A DNA stretch of 63,857 nucleotides, the filler included, from Sphingomonadaceae bacterium (GTDB taxonomy: Bacteria > Chloroflexota > UBA6077), in NCBI GenBank assembly GCA_050261575.1. It is 8 parts of 8 records of this genome, joined end to end, with 100 filler letters (N's around TTAATTAATTAA, not from the genome) between each part and the next. Parts side by side here need not be neighbours in the genome. Positions count along the whole stretch, not along the records: positions 1 to 15,385 come from JBLNDL010000007.1; positions 15,486 to 27,260 come from JBLNDL010000010.1; 6 more parts are not named here. One strand, 5' to 3'. Below, in pieces: positions 9,297-16,970 of this stretch (within the stretch, counting starts at the first letter, position 1; each line of letters starts with the position of its first letter). The notes under the pieces are model-generated. The model saw only the letters and a list, made by a program, of their open reading frames with translations. It made no database searches and was not told where the DNA came from. The translations under genes and the position numbers were made by a program.

Positions 9297-10652
9297 CTAC
9301 GAGAAGTACGGTATCACGTAGCGGGTCAGGCAGACGGCGTTCAGCAGCGCCAGGGAGACCACGGCCAGGGCGAGCAGCAGCCGCTCGTGGATCGGTGCCA
9401 TCAACTCCCTCAGTCCCAAAACGAAGAAGAGGGCGATGGGTAACAGCGCCGGGTAGAGGTAGCGCCCCTGAGGCTGGATGAAGGAGAGGTTGTACAGAGC
9501 CACCTGGGTCGCCACGACCGCCAGGGCGAGGCCCATGAGCGCGAGGGAGCCCCGCTGGTGGGACGTGAGGGCGGACTTGCCGAGCGACACCCGCAAGAGG
9601 AAGAGGAGGAAGCCGAAACCGGCCGCGGCGCTGACTAGCTTCAGGGCGGTGTAGATCCGCTGGTCGATCAGGATCCCCATCCAGCCGAACTGCCCCCAGA
9701 AGCTCTGGAAGAGGGTGGAGGCGAAGTAGTCGAGAGTCTCCCGATCGAGCCGCTCGAAGCGGGGCTGGTCAACCACCACCTGCCCGTGCCGCTGGAGGCC
9801 GAAGATGTCTGTGGGGCCGTAGAGCAGACCGTTCCGCACGAACCACCAGCCGCCTATCAGCAGGGCGACCAGCGTCGCGAGCCCGAGCAGCCGCAGGCGG
9901 GACGAGCCGCTCCTCCCCTTCCCCGAGGCGACCAGCGCGACGAGCAGCGCGAGGGGGACGTAGCCGTAGACCGTCATCTTGGTGAGGAGGGCCACCCCGA
10001 GGAGTGCCCCGACCAGGAGCGCATGCCGCCGCTGGAATCCGGTCCTCAGGACGTGGACCATAGCGAGCAGCAGCAGGGCTGCCACCATCTCGGACAGGGC
10101 GTCGTTGCTGATGCTGCCGGCCACGGAGCTGCGCATCGGCAGGAAGGCGACGAAGCCCGCCACCGCCAACTGCACGGAAGTCTCATCGGGGAAGATGGCC
10201 CGCACCACTAGGAAGGCGACGACGACGGTCATCCCCGAGAGGACGACCGACAGCATCCTCAAGGCCGGCACACGTTCCTCCAGTGGGAGGCGTGCCGCAG
10301 CGTTGTAGATGGGGGAGGCCATCAGGTAGAAGGCCGGGGGTTGGTGGCTCTCGTAGGCGATGGAGTCCACCGACTCGGATCTGGGGAACTTGGTGCTCTT
10401 CAGCCGCTCCAGCAGGGCAGCGTCCCAATCCCCCGGCTTCAACTCGGGCAACTGGCCCGTGGTGGCGACGTGGCGAACGTAGTTGTAGTGGGCGGGCTCG
10501 TCGGGGTTGTTCCAGGGGGGGACGCCCAGGGCGTAGGCAGAGGCCAGCGCGATGCCAGCCACCACGATCACCCACAGGATCGACACAGTGGCGACCTTCT
10601 GAAGGGCCGTTCCGTCGGAGCGCGTCTTCTTCAAGGAGAGCAAGGACCCCAT
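9297..10652 (-). CDS. GT-C-like membrane protein (DUF2142/PMT_2-like)
   Basis: PPWNNPDEPAHYNY, YESHQPP, SFWGQFGW, QGRYLYP; multiple TM segments. Confidence 0.75.
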   Translation of the reverse strand: MGSLLSLKKTRSDGTALQKVATVSILWVIVVAGIALASAYALGVPPWNNPDEPAHYNYVRHVATTGQLPELKPGDWDAALLERLKSTKFPRSESVDSIAYESHQPPAFYLMASPIYNAAARLPLEERVPALRMLSVVLSGMTVVVAFLVVRAIFPDETSVQLAVAGFVAFLPMRSSVAGSISNDALSEMVAALLLLAMVHVLRTGFQRRHALLVGALLGVALLTKMTVYGYVPLALLVALVASGKGRSGSSRLRLLGLATLVALLIGGWWFVRNGLLYGPTDIFGLQRHGQVVVDQPRFERLDRETLDYFASTLFQSFWGQFGWMGILIDQRIYTALKLVSAAAGFGFLLFLLRVSLGKSALTSHQRGSLALMGLALAVVATQVALYNLSFIQPQGRYLYPALLPIALFFVLGLRELMAPIHERLLLALAVVSLALLNAVCLTRYVIPYFS

Positions 10653-10862
10653 GCGATGCTCATCACGGAGACACCGATACACGAAGCCGTGCTGGCCGTC
10701 TCGGTGTACTCCGTGTCTCTGCAGTCTCGATAAGTCGAACAGCCTCGGCCGTTATCCCGAACGGCGATCTAACCGACCGCCGTCTGGTCCCTTGGCAGCG
10801 CCGAGCGCGGGGCACAAGCCCCCTGCCCGCCTGGGTAGCGTATGCAGAACCGCGGTAACACC

Positions 10863-10950
10863 GTATGGGCAGACACGAAGGTCTGCCCTCGTGCCGAGGG
10901 AGGAACCTGGCGCAAGGAGTACCAGGACGCACATGCAGGTGCGCCCCTAC
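10863..10950. repeat. GTAG-type REP doublet (REPIN)
   Basis: GTATGGGCAGACACGAAGGTCTGCCC (10863-10888) and GGACGCACATGCAGGTGCGCCCCTAC (10925-10950); each is a hairpin, and the pair is inverted. Confidence 0.75.
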
Positions 10951-10981
10951 GGACCTCGCGAGACCTACAATGCTCTGTGTG

Positions 10982-12631
10982 CTACCTCTGCTCGGCCGCC
11001 TCCTCCGGTAGCTCCAGCTTGGTGAACAGCGGGGTAGGCTCCGGCAGCTTGAGTCCCTGGGGTGGCACGGAGGGCTTCCAGCCGTGGGCGAGGATGCCGT
11101 CGGTGTAGCCCAGCAGCCCGTGCAGCTTCTCCGCCGAGTGGGGAAGGTACGGGTAGGTGAGCACCTTGAGGGAGTCCACCAGCCGTAGACACTCGTACAT
11201 CGTGGCGGCCAGCGCGTCCGGGTTCTCCTTCCGCAGCTTCCACGGGGCCTTTTCCTCCAGGTAGCGGTTGCCGTACTGGGCGAGGTTCATCACCTCCTTC
11301 AAGGAGTCCTTGAAGTGGCACCCCGCCAGCATGTCCCCCACCGTGTCGAAGGTCTCCTCGATGCGGCGGATCAACTCCTCGTCCCCGCGGTGTTCCGTTC
11401 CCACCTCGGGCACCCTGCCGCCCAGGTAGCGCTGCAGGAAGGTGAGGGTTCGGTGCACCAGGTTGCCGTAGGTGGCCACCAACTCGTCGTTGTTTCGGCG
11501 CACGAACTCCGCCATGGAGAAGTCGGTGTCGCGGGTCTCCGGCATGTTGATGGTCAGCATGTACCGGATGGGATCGGGATCGTACTGGGCCAGCATGTCC
11601 GGCAGCCAGGCTGCCCAACCCCGGCTGGTGGAGAACTGCCGCCCCTCCAGGTTCAGGTACTCGTTGGCGGGCACATCGTAGGGCAGGTTGAGCCCTCCGC
11701 GGCCCATCAGCATCGCCGGCCAGATGATGGCGTGGAAGGGTATGTTATCCTTGCCGATGAAGTAGTATGCCTTGCAGGGCTTCTCCCACCACTCCTTCCA
11801 CTTGTCCGGCTCCCCCTGCAGCTTCGCCCACTCGATGCTGGCCGAGAGGTAGCCCGTCACGGCGTCGAACCAGACGTAGATCCGTTTGCCCTCGTAGCCC
11901 GGCAGGGGGATCGGCACGCCCCACTCGATGTCGCGGGTGATGGGCCGGTCCTTCAGCCCCTCCTGCAGCATGTTCATAGTGAAGTTGTAGACGTTGGGGC
12001 GCCAGTAGGTCTTGGGCTTAACCCACTCCAGCAGCCGATCGTTCAGCTTGGAGAGCTTCAGGAAGAAGTGCTCCGTCGGGCGGATCTCCGGCGTGGTACC
12101 GTGGAACTTGCACCGAGGCATGACGAGATCCGTGGGGTCGAGGGTCTTGCCGCAGTTGTCGCACTGATCCCCTCTGGCCTCCGTGAAGCCACAGTGGGGG
12201 CAGGTGCCCTCCACGTAGCGGTCCGGCAGGAAGCGGTTGCAGGTGGGGCAGAAGGGCGAGTGCATCTCGGCCTTCTCCACGTAGCCGTTCTCCAGCAGCC
12301 GCAGGAAGAGATCCTGAACCACCTGGTAGTGGTTCTCGGTGGTCGTCTTCGTGTAGAGATCGTAGCTGATGCCGATGGTATTGATGTTGTCCACGAACTG
12401 CTCGTGGTAGAAGTCGGCTACCTCTCGTGGGCTCTTGCCCTCCCGCTCGGCCCGCAGGGTGATGGGCGTCCCGTGCTGGTCGGATCCAGAGACCATCAAC
12501 ACCTGGTTGCCCTTCAGGCGATGGTACCGCGCGAAGATGTCGGGGGGCAGCAGCGCACCGGCCAGATGGCCCAGGTGGAGAGGCCCGTTGGCATACGGCC
12601 AGGCGACTCCGATAAAGATATGCTCACTCAT
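10982..12631 (-). CDS. metG: Methionine--tRNA ligase (no C-terminal tRNA-binding domain)
   Basis: PYANGPLHLGH, zinc knuckles CPTC/CPHC/CDNC, YVWFDA, GKDNIPFH, QFSTS. Confidence 0.95.
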   Translation of the reverse strand: MSEHIFIGVAWPYANGPLHLGHLAGALLPPDIFARYHRLKGNQVLMVSGSDQHGTPITLRAEREGKSPREVADFYHEQFVDNINTIGISYDLYTKTTTENHYQVVQDLFLRLLENGYVEKAEMHSPFCPTCNRFLPDRYVEGTCPHCGFTEARGDQCDNCGKTLDPTDLVMPRCKFHGTTPEIRPTEHFFLKLSKLNDRLLEWVKPKTYWRPNVYNFTMNMLQEGLKDRPITRDIEWGVPIPLPGYEGKRIYVWFDAVTGYLSASIEWAKLQGEPDKWKEWWEKPCKAYYFIGKDNIPFHAIIWPAMLMGRGGLNLPYDVPANEYLNLEGRQFSTSRGWAAWLPDMLAQYDPDPIRYMLTINMPETRDTDFSMAEFVRRNNDELVATYGNLVHRTLTFLQRYLGGRVPEVGTEHRGDEELIRRIEETFDTVGDMLAGCHFKDSLKEVMNLAQYGNRYLEEKAPWKLRKENPDALAATMYECLRLVDSLKVLTYPYLPHSAEKLHGLLGYTDGILAHGWKPSVPPQGLKLPEPTPLFTKLELPEEAAEQR

Positions 12632-12650
12632 CTCTCGTTCGTCCTTGGCA

Positions 12651-12719
12651 AGTGATGAGTAATGACCGACGAATCCCTCCGACGGTCGACTCGTCACTCA
12701 TCACTCATTACTCATGACT
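12651..12719. repeat. Inverted pair of GAGTGAT/ATCACTC heptamer arrays
   Basis: AGTGATGAGTAATGAC ... ACTCGTCACTCATCACTCATTACTCATGACT; the GT2 stop codon lies within it. Confidence 0.8.
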
Positions 12720-13447
12720 GGCTTTGGGTCGTACAGGCCACGGCGGTCGTTGGCCCTCACCTGCAGCACGTCGTTGAACATGCGCAGGGTATCGCGAATG
12801 GGATCCACCCGGCTGCTGGGAGAATAGTACCAATCGATCGGGACCTCGGTGATCCCGATACCCATCTTCCTGGCTACGTACAGCACCTCCACGTCGAAGC
12901 CGAAGCCGTCGATCACCTGCGTTCGGAAGATCCTCTGGGCAGCCTCTCGGGTGAAGCACTTGAAGCCGCACTGGGTGTCCTGGAGGCCGGGCACCGCCAG
13001 TAACCGGACGATCAGGTTGAAGACGCGTCCCATAAGGTGGCGGTGTCGCGGCTCGCCGATCCGCCGGGCCCCGCTCACCTCCCTGGAGGCGATGGCGATC
13101 TGGTGGGGGCCGCGCAGCACGGCGGGGAAGCGGACGACCTCCTCCACGGGCATCGAGAAGTCGGCGTCGCAGAACATGACGTAGTCGCCCTTCGCCTCGA
13201 GCATCCCCCTGCGCACGGCGTGACCCTTGCCCCGGTGGGGCTCTCGGAGCAGCCTCAGCCCGGGGAACTCCGCCGCGGCGGCCTCCACCAGCGCCGCTGT
13301 GCCGTCCTGGCTGCCGTCGTCCACCACGAGCACCTCGTAGCTGAAGCCCTGCCGGGTCAGGAAATCGCGCATCTTTCGGAGGGTGGCGGGCAGCCTGCCC
13401 TGCTCGTTGTAAGCTGGTACTACCAGCGATAGATATGGACGCTGCAT
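12701..13447 (-). CDS. GT2 polyprenol/dolichyl-phosphate glucosyltransferase-like
   Basis: VVPAYNE, VVDDGSQDGT, GKGHAVRRG, FCDAD, DTQCGFK, FGFDVE. Confidence 0.9.
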   Translation of the reverse strand: MQRPYLSLVVPAYNEQGRLPATLRKMRDFLTRQGFSYEVLVVDDGSQDGTAALVEAAAAEFPGLRLLREPHRGKGHAVRRGMLEAKGDYVMFCDADFSMPVEEVVRFPAVLRGPHQIAIASREVSGARRIGEPRHRHLMGRVFNLIVRLLAVPGLQDTQCGFKCFTREAAQRIFRTQVIDGFGFDVEVLYVARKMGIGITEVPIDWYYSPSSRVDPIRDTLRMFNDVLQVRANDRRGLYDPKPVMSNE

Positions 13448-14541
13448 CACGACCTCTCGATGCTGGACTCGGGTTCCCGCAGGAGCGACGACAGGTAGCC
13501 GTCGGGGACGCGGCGGCTGCTCTGGATGGTGCGTCGCTGGCCCCACCTTCGCGGTAGCTCCCACAGCCCCGCGACCTGGCCCTTGAGCCTGGCTCGGGCC
13601 GCCTTCTCTCTAAAGTGCCATATAGAGTGTACCGCAAAAGCCGCCTGGGTCCTAATAATCGAGGGCCAGTGGTGCCCGATCACGTCGGAAGGCAGGTTCT
13701 TGGCGGCCACGGCGACGAAGTTGCGGCCGCAGTAGAAGCTGGCCGTCTCCCCGCCCCCGGTGGCGCTGAGCCGGTGGTAGACCCGGGCAGCCGGAAGATA
13801 GACGCACTTGTGCCCCCGAAGTTGAGCCCTCAGGCTGAGGTCCACGTCCTCGCAGTACATGAAGAGGGACTCGTCGAACAACCCCACGTCCTCGAACAGG
13901 CTTCGCCGCCAGCCCGAAGCCCCGCCGCAGGCCCCCAAGACGTACTCCTCGCGATCGAACTGGCCTTCGTCCCTCTGCCAGACGCCGCGGTTTCCGGGCA
14001 CGCCGTCCCTGCTGTAGAAGTCGCCGGCCGAGTGGATCACGTCGCGGCGGTCGTACAGCAGGATCTTGCAGGCGAAGAAGCCGGCTTCCGGATGGCGCGC
14101 CGCGCCCTCGGCCAGCCGCTCCAGCCAGTCGATCTCCGCCTCGGCGTCGTTGTTCAAGAGGGCCACCAACTCGCCCCGGGACCGCCGGATCCCCTCGTTG
14201 ACCGCTGCCGCAAAGCCCAGGTTGCTGCCCAGGGACAGCAGGTGGAACTCCGGGTACCGCTCCGGCACCATCCGATCGGAGCCGTCGGTGGAGCCGTTGT
14301 CCACCACCAGCACCTCGAAGTGCTGGTAGCTCTGGGAGCGGAGGGAGTCCAGGCAGCCCGCCAGGTAGCGAGCGCCGTTCCAGTTGGGAACGATCACCGA
14401 GATGAAGGGCGTGGAGTACCGATCATCCTGAGCGGAGGGAAGGGTCTCGCTAGTCGTCGCGGGAGACGCTTCGCTTCGCTCAGCATGGCAGTCGGGCGGC
14501 GCCGGGAAATGCTCCGAAAGGAAGCTCTCTCGGTTCGACAA
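13447..14541 (-). CDS. GT2 glycosyltransferase with REP-derived N-terminal insertion
   Basis: VIVPNWNG, VDNGSTDGS, NLGFAAAVN, LLNNDA, FMYCEDVDL. Confidence 0.9.
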   Translation of the reverse strand: MSNRESFLSEHFPAPPDCHAERSEASPATTSETLPSAQDDRYSTPFISVIVPNWNGARYLAGCLDSLRSQSYQHFEVLVVDNGSTDGSDRMVPERYPEFHLLSLGSNLGFAAAVNEGIRRSRGELVALLNNDAEAEIDWLERLAEGAARHPEAGFFACKILLYDRRDVIHSAGDFYSRDGVPGNRGVWQRDEGQFDREEYVLGACGGASGWRRSLFEDVGLFDESLFMYCEDVDLSLRAQLRGHKCVYLPAARVYHRLSATGGGETASFYCGRNFVAVAAKNLPSDVIGHHWPSIIRTQAAFAVHSIWHFREKAARARLKGQVAGLWELPRRWGQRRTIQSSRRVPDGYLSSLLREPESSIERS

Positions 14542-14542
14542 G

Positions 14543-15187
14543 TCAGATGTACCCGTACAGCTTGTAGTAGGCCAGTTTGGCCAACTCGATCACGGTCAGG
14601 CGCAACGTACTCTCGCTCTTCCACCAGCCGTCCGGCTGCCAGAGGCCGTCCCGGGCGGGGTAGTTGATCACCGACACCTCCGAACCCTGGAGGGCCCTTG
14701 CGAAGGCGAGGGATGCCCGCCGCTGGTGGTAGGAGGAGGTAACCAGGATGGCCGACTTCAGCCCCTTCTGCAGCATCAGTTCGCAGGTGTAGAGGGCGTC
14801 CTCTCGGGTCGAGGTGGACTGGCTCACGAGCAGCATTCTGGAGGGTGGAACCCCCAGGGCGGTCGCCTGGCGCCTCATCACCTCCGCCGCGGATGGTCTT
14901 CCCTGCTGGCCGCCGCCCACCAGGATCAGCAGCGGGGCGTAGCCCTCCTGGTAGAGTTGGACGCCCTGCTCGAGGCGGGTGCCCCCATCCCCGCTCAGCA
15001 CCACGATGGCGTCGGCCTTGGAGGGAGTGTCCTCCACCACCAGGAATCTGCCGACAGCCGCGAGAGCGTAGTCCGCCTCCCACAAGAGGAACCACGCCAG
15101 AAAGGCCAGGAGCAGCAGCGCCCAGACCGGCCCGGCGAGTCGGGGGAGGACTGCACGCGCGGGTTTAGGGCTTCTGCGCCGGGCCAA
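14543..15187 (-). CDS. YdcF/DUF218 (ElyC/SanA-like) protein
   Basis: N-terminal TM, ADAIVVLSG, STSTREDA, LVTSSYHQRRA. Confidence 0.85.
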   Translation of the reverse strand: MARRRSPKPARAVLPRLAGPVWALLLLAFLAWFLLWEADYALAAVGRFLVVEDTPSKADAIVVLSGDGGTRLEQGVQLYQEGYAPLLILVGGGQQGRPSAAEVMRRQATALGVPPSRMLLVSQSTSTREDALYTCELMLQKGLKSAILVTSSYHQRRASLAFARALQGSEVSVINYPARDGLWQPDGWWKSESTLRLTVIELAKLAYYKLYGYI

Positions 15188-15230
15188 GGAACGCCTCCGT
15201 TACGGGTCGCCGGGTAGCGAAAGCGGGGAA

Positions 15231-15260
15231 AGTATAGTGGCTGTGGCGAGAAAGGGTCAA
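15231..15260 (-). promoter_or_regulatory. Putative sigma70 promoter for the ydcF-GT operon
   Basis: Minus strand TTGACC-N18-TATACT. Confidence 0.5.
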
Positions 15261-15269
15261 GGAACCGCA

Positions 15270-15332
15270 TTGCCTCACAAATAATCTTACCCTGGGGGTG
15301 GTCGTTGCCTCACAATCCATCTTACTTTGAGA
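15270..15332. repeat. Tandem pair of dif/tyrosine-recombinase-like sites (35-bp period)
   Basis: TTGCCTCACAA-ATAATC-TTACCCTGGGG and TTGCCTCACAA-TCCATC-TTACTTTGAGA; the motif recurs at 60839-60902. Confidence 0.55.
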
Positions 15333-15385
15333 GGTTGGGGGATGGGAGTGAGGCGAGAGAGCAAGCACGAGGTGGCCGCGAGATG

Positions 15386-15485
15386 NNNNNNNNNNNNNNN
15401 NNNNNNNNNNNNNNNNNNNNNNNNNNNNNTTAATTAATTAANNNNNNNNNNNNNNNNNNNNNNNNNNNNNNNNNNNNNNNNNNNN
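15386..15485. other. Artificial contig linker (also 27261-27360, 37414-37513, 44029-44128, 51211-51310, 57118-57217, 60985-61084)
   Basis: N runs flanking TTAATTAATTAA (stops in all six frames). Confidence 0.99.
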
Positions 15486-15537
15486 CGGCGCACGTACGTG
15501 CGCCGGCCTGCAGGTCTTGAAGGTGGTGCCGCGGAAG

Positions 15538-16878
15538 CTACCGGTTGCGGCCCCGGCTCGACTCCGAAGGGCTCGGCTTGCGACTCTCCAGGTCCCACCT
15601 GGAGCCCTCGGAAGCCTCTCGGTCGCGCTTCTTCTCGAGCCCCGGCGGCAGCCGGTACCCTGTCTCTTCTCCGTCCTCCTCGGGCGTGGAAGCGGCCTCG
15701 TCTCTGTCTAGCGCCTTCCTGTCGTCCTTGGGGTCGCGCGGACCATGCGACCGATCCTCGCTGGGGCCGGTCCAGGCGGGTCGGCTGTTCGCCTTCTCTT
15801 CCTCGTCGCGGCCTGGCTTCGAGGGCCGGTTGCCCTCGTCTTCGCTCTCCTCGTCGTCAGAGTCGAGACTATTCCGGTCCTCGTTCCCCTCGTGCTGGTC
15901 GTCCCCCTTATCCTTATCCTTATCCTTATCCTTGTACTTGAGCTTGTCTTTGTCCTTGTCCTTCTCCCGATCGGTCGGCTGCAGCGTGGTGTCGCCGGTC
16001 GGCGTCACGGTGGGCTCCGTCGTGGCCGTCGGCTGAACCGTGCTGGTGGCAGTCGGCGTGGCCGTGGGCGTGGCCGTCCCGTCGTCGCCATCTCCAGCCT
16101 CGTGCTTCGCCTCTTTGCCCAGGTCGCTCCGCGCGAAGAAGGAGATCACCAGGCCGTGGCGGATATCCTCCAGGGTCTTTGCGAAGTGGGCTATCCAGGA
16201 CACGAACCAGCCGTGATTAGCCTTGCGCCCGCCTTCGGGGGCCGGCACCACGATGACTTTCCAGTCGTCGTCGTCATCGTCGTCCGTGGTCTGCGTCGGC
16301 GTGGCTGTGGCGGTTGCCGTCGGCGTGGCTGTGGCGGTTGCCGTCGGCGTGGCTGTGGCCGTGGGGGCCGAGACTGCCACCTGTCCGGAGGTCGCCAGCT
16401 TGGTGTAGACGTTGGCGGCGAACAGCCGGAACTCGTAGTTCCCCGCATCTGCGGACTCTGGGATGGTGAAGCTCACCGAGCCGGAGGCCTTGGCCTCGCC
16501 AGCGGTCTTGGTGCCGCTCACGTACACCCAGTCCATCTGGGACATGTCGGCGGCGCCGGCCCGGTACAGCCCGATCCAATCGGTGGCCGCGGGATTGGCA
16601 ATGTTGCTCCAGGACACGGTCACCGTGCTGCCAGCCACCACGCTGGCGGGGCTGACGCTCAGGCTGGGCGCCGGCACTGTGGTCGGGGTGCTGGTAGCCG
16701 TCGGACTCGGCGTCGCGGTGGGCGTCGACGTGGGCTCCACGGTCGCCGTCGATGTCACCGTGGCGGTTGTGGTCGCGGTGGGGGTTGCCGTCTCCTCCTG
16801 CGCGTGGATCAGGACGGGTGTGAAGAGTAGCAGAGTGGCGGCCAGGATCGCTGCCGCCCCTTTTCGGTAGTTGCTCAC
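15538..16878 (-). CDS. Secreted low-complexity protein with an Ig-like domain
   Basis: Signal peptide; PTAT linkers (24-bp repeat at 16295-16359); VTVSWSN...DWIGLY...GNYEFRLF; DKDKDK and acidic tail. Confidence 0.7.
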   Translation of the reverse strand: MSNYRKGAAAILAATLLLFTPVLIHAQEETATPTATTTATVTSTATVEPTSTPTATPSPTATSTPTTVPAPSLSVSPASVVAGSTVTVSWSNIANPAATDWIGLYRAGAADMSQMDWVYVSGTKTAGEAKASGSVSFTIPESADAGNYEFRLFAANVYTKLATSGQVAVSAPTATATPTATATATPTATATATPTQTTDDDDDDDWKVIVVPAPEGGRKANHGWFVSWIAHFAKTLEDIRHGLVISFFARSDLGKEAKHEAGDGDDGTATPTATPTATSTVQPTATTEPTVTPTGDTTLQPTDREKDKDKDKLKYKDKDKDKDKGDDQHEGNEDRNSLDSDDEESEDEGNRPSKPGRDEEEKANSRPAWTGPSEDRSHGPRDPKDDRKALDRDEAASTPEEDGEETGYRLPPGLEKKRDREASEGSRWDLESRKPSPSESSRGRNR

Positions 16879-16970
16879 CTTCCCGTTCTCCTTTGACCTG
16901 CTGATGGTTCTAAGTGAGCGCTCAGCTTGTCGAACGATGTAGCTGGGGATTTGTTACGGGTGGCCGGCAG

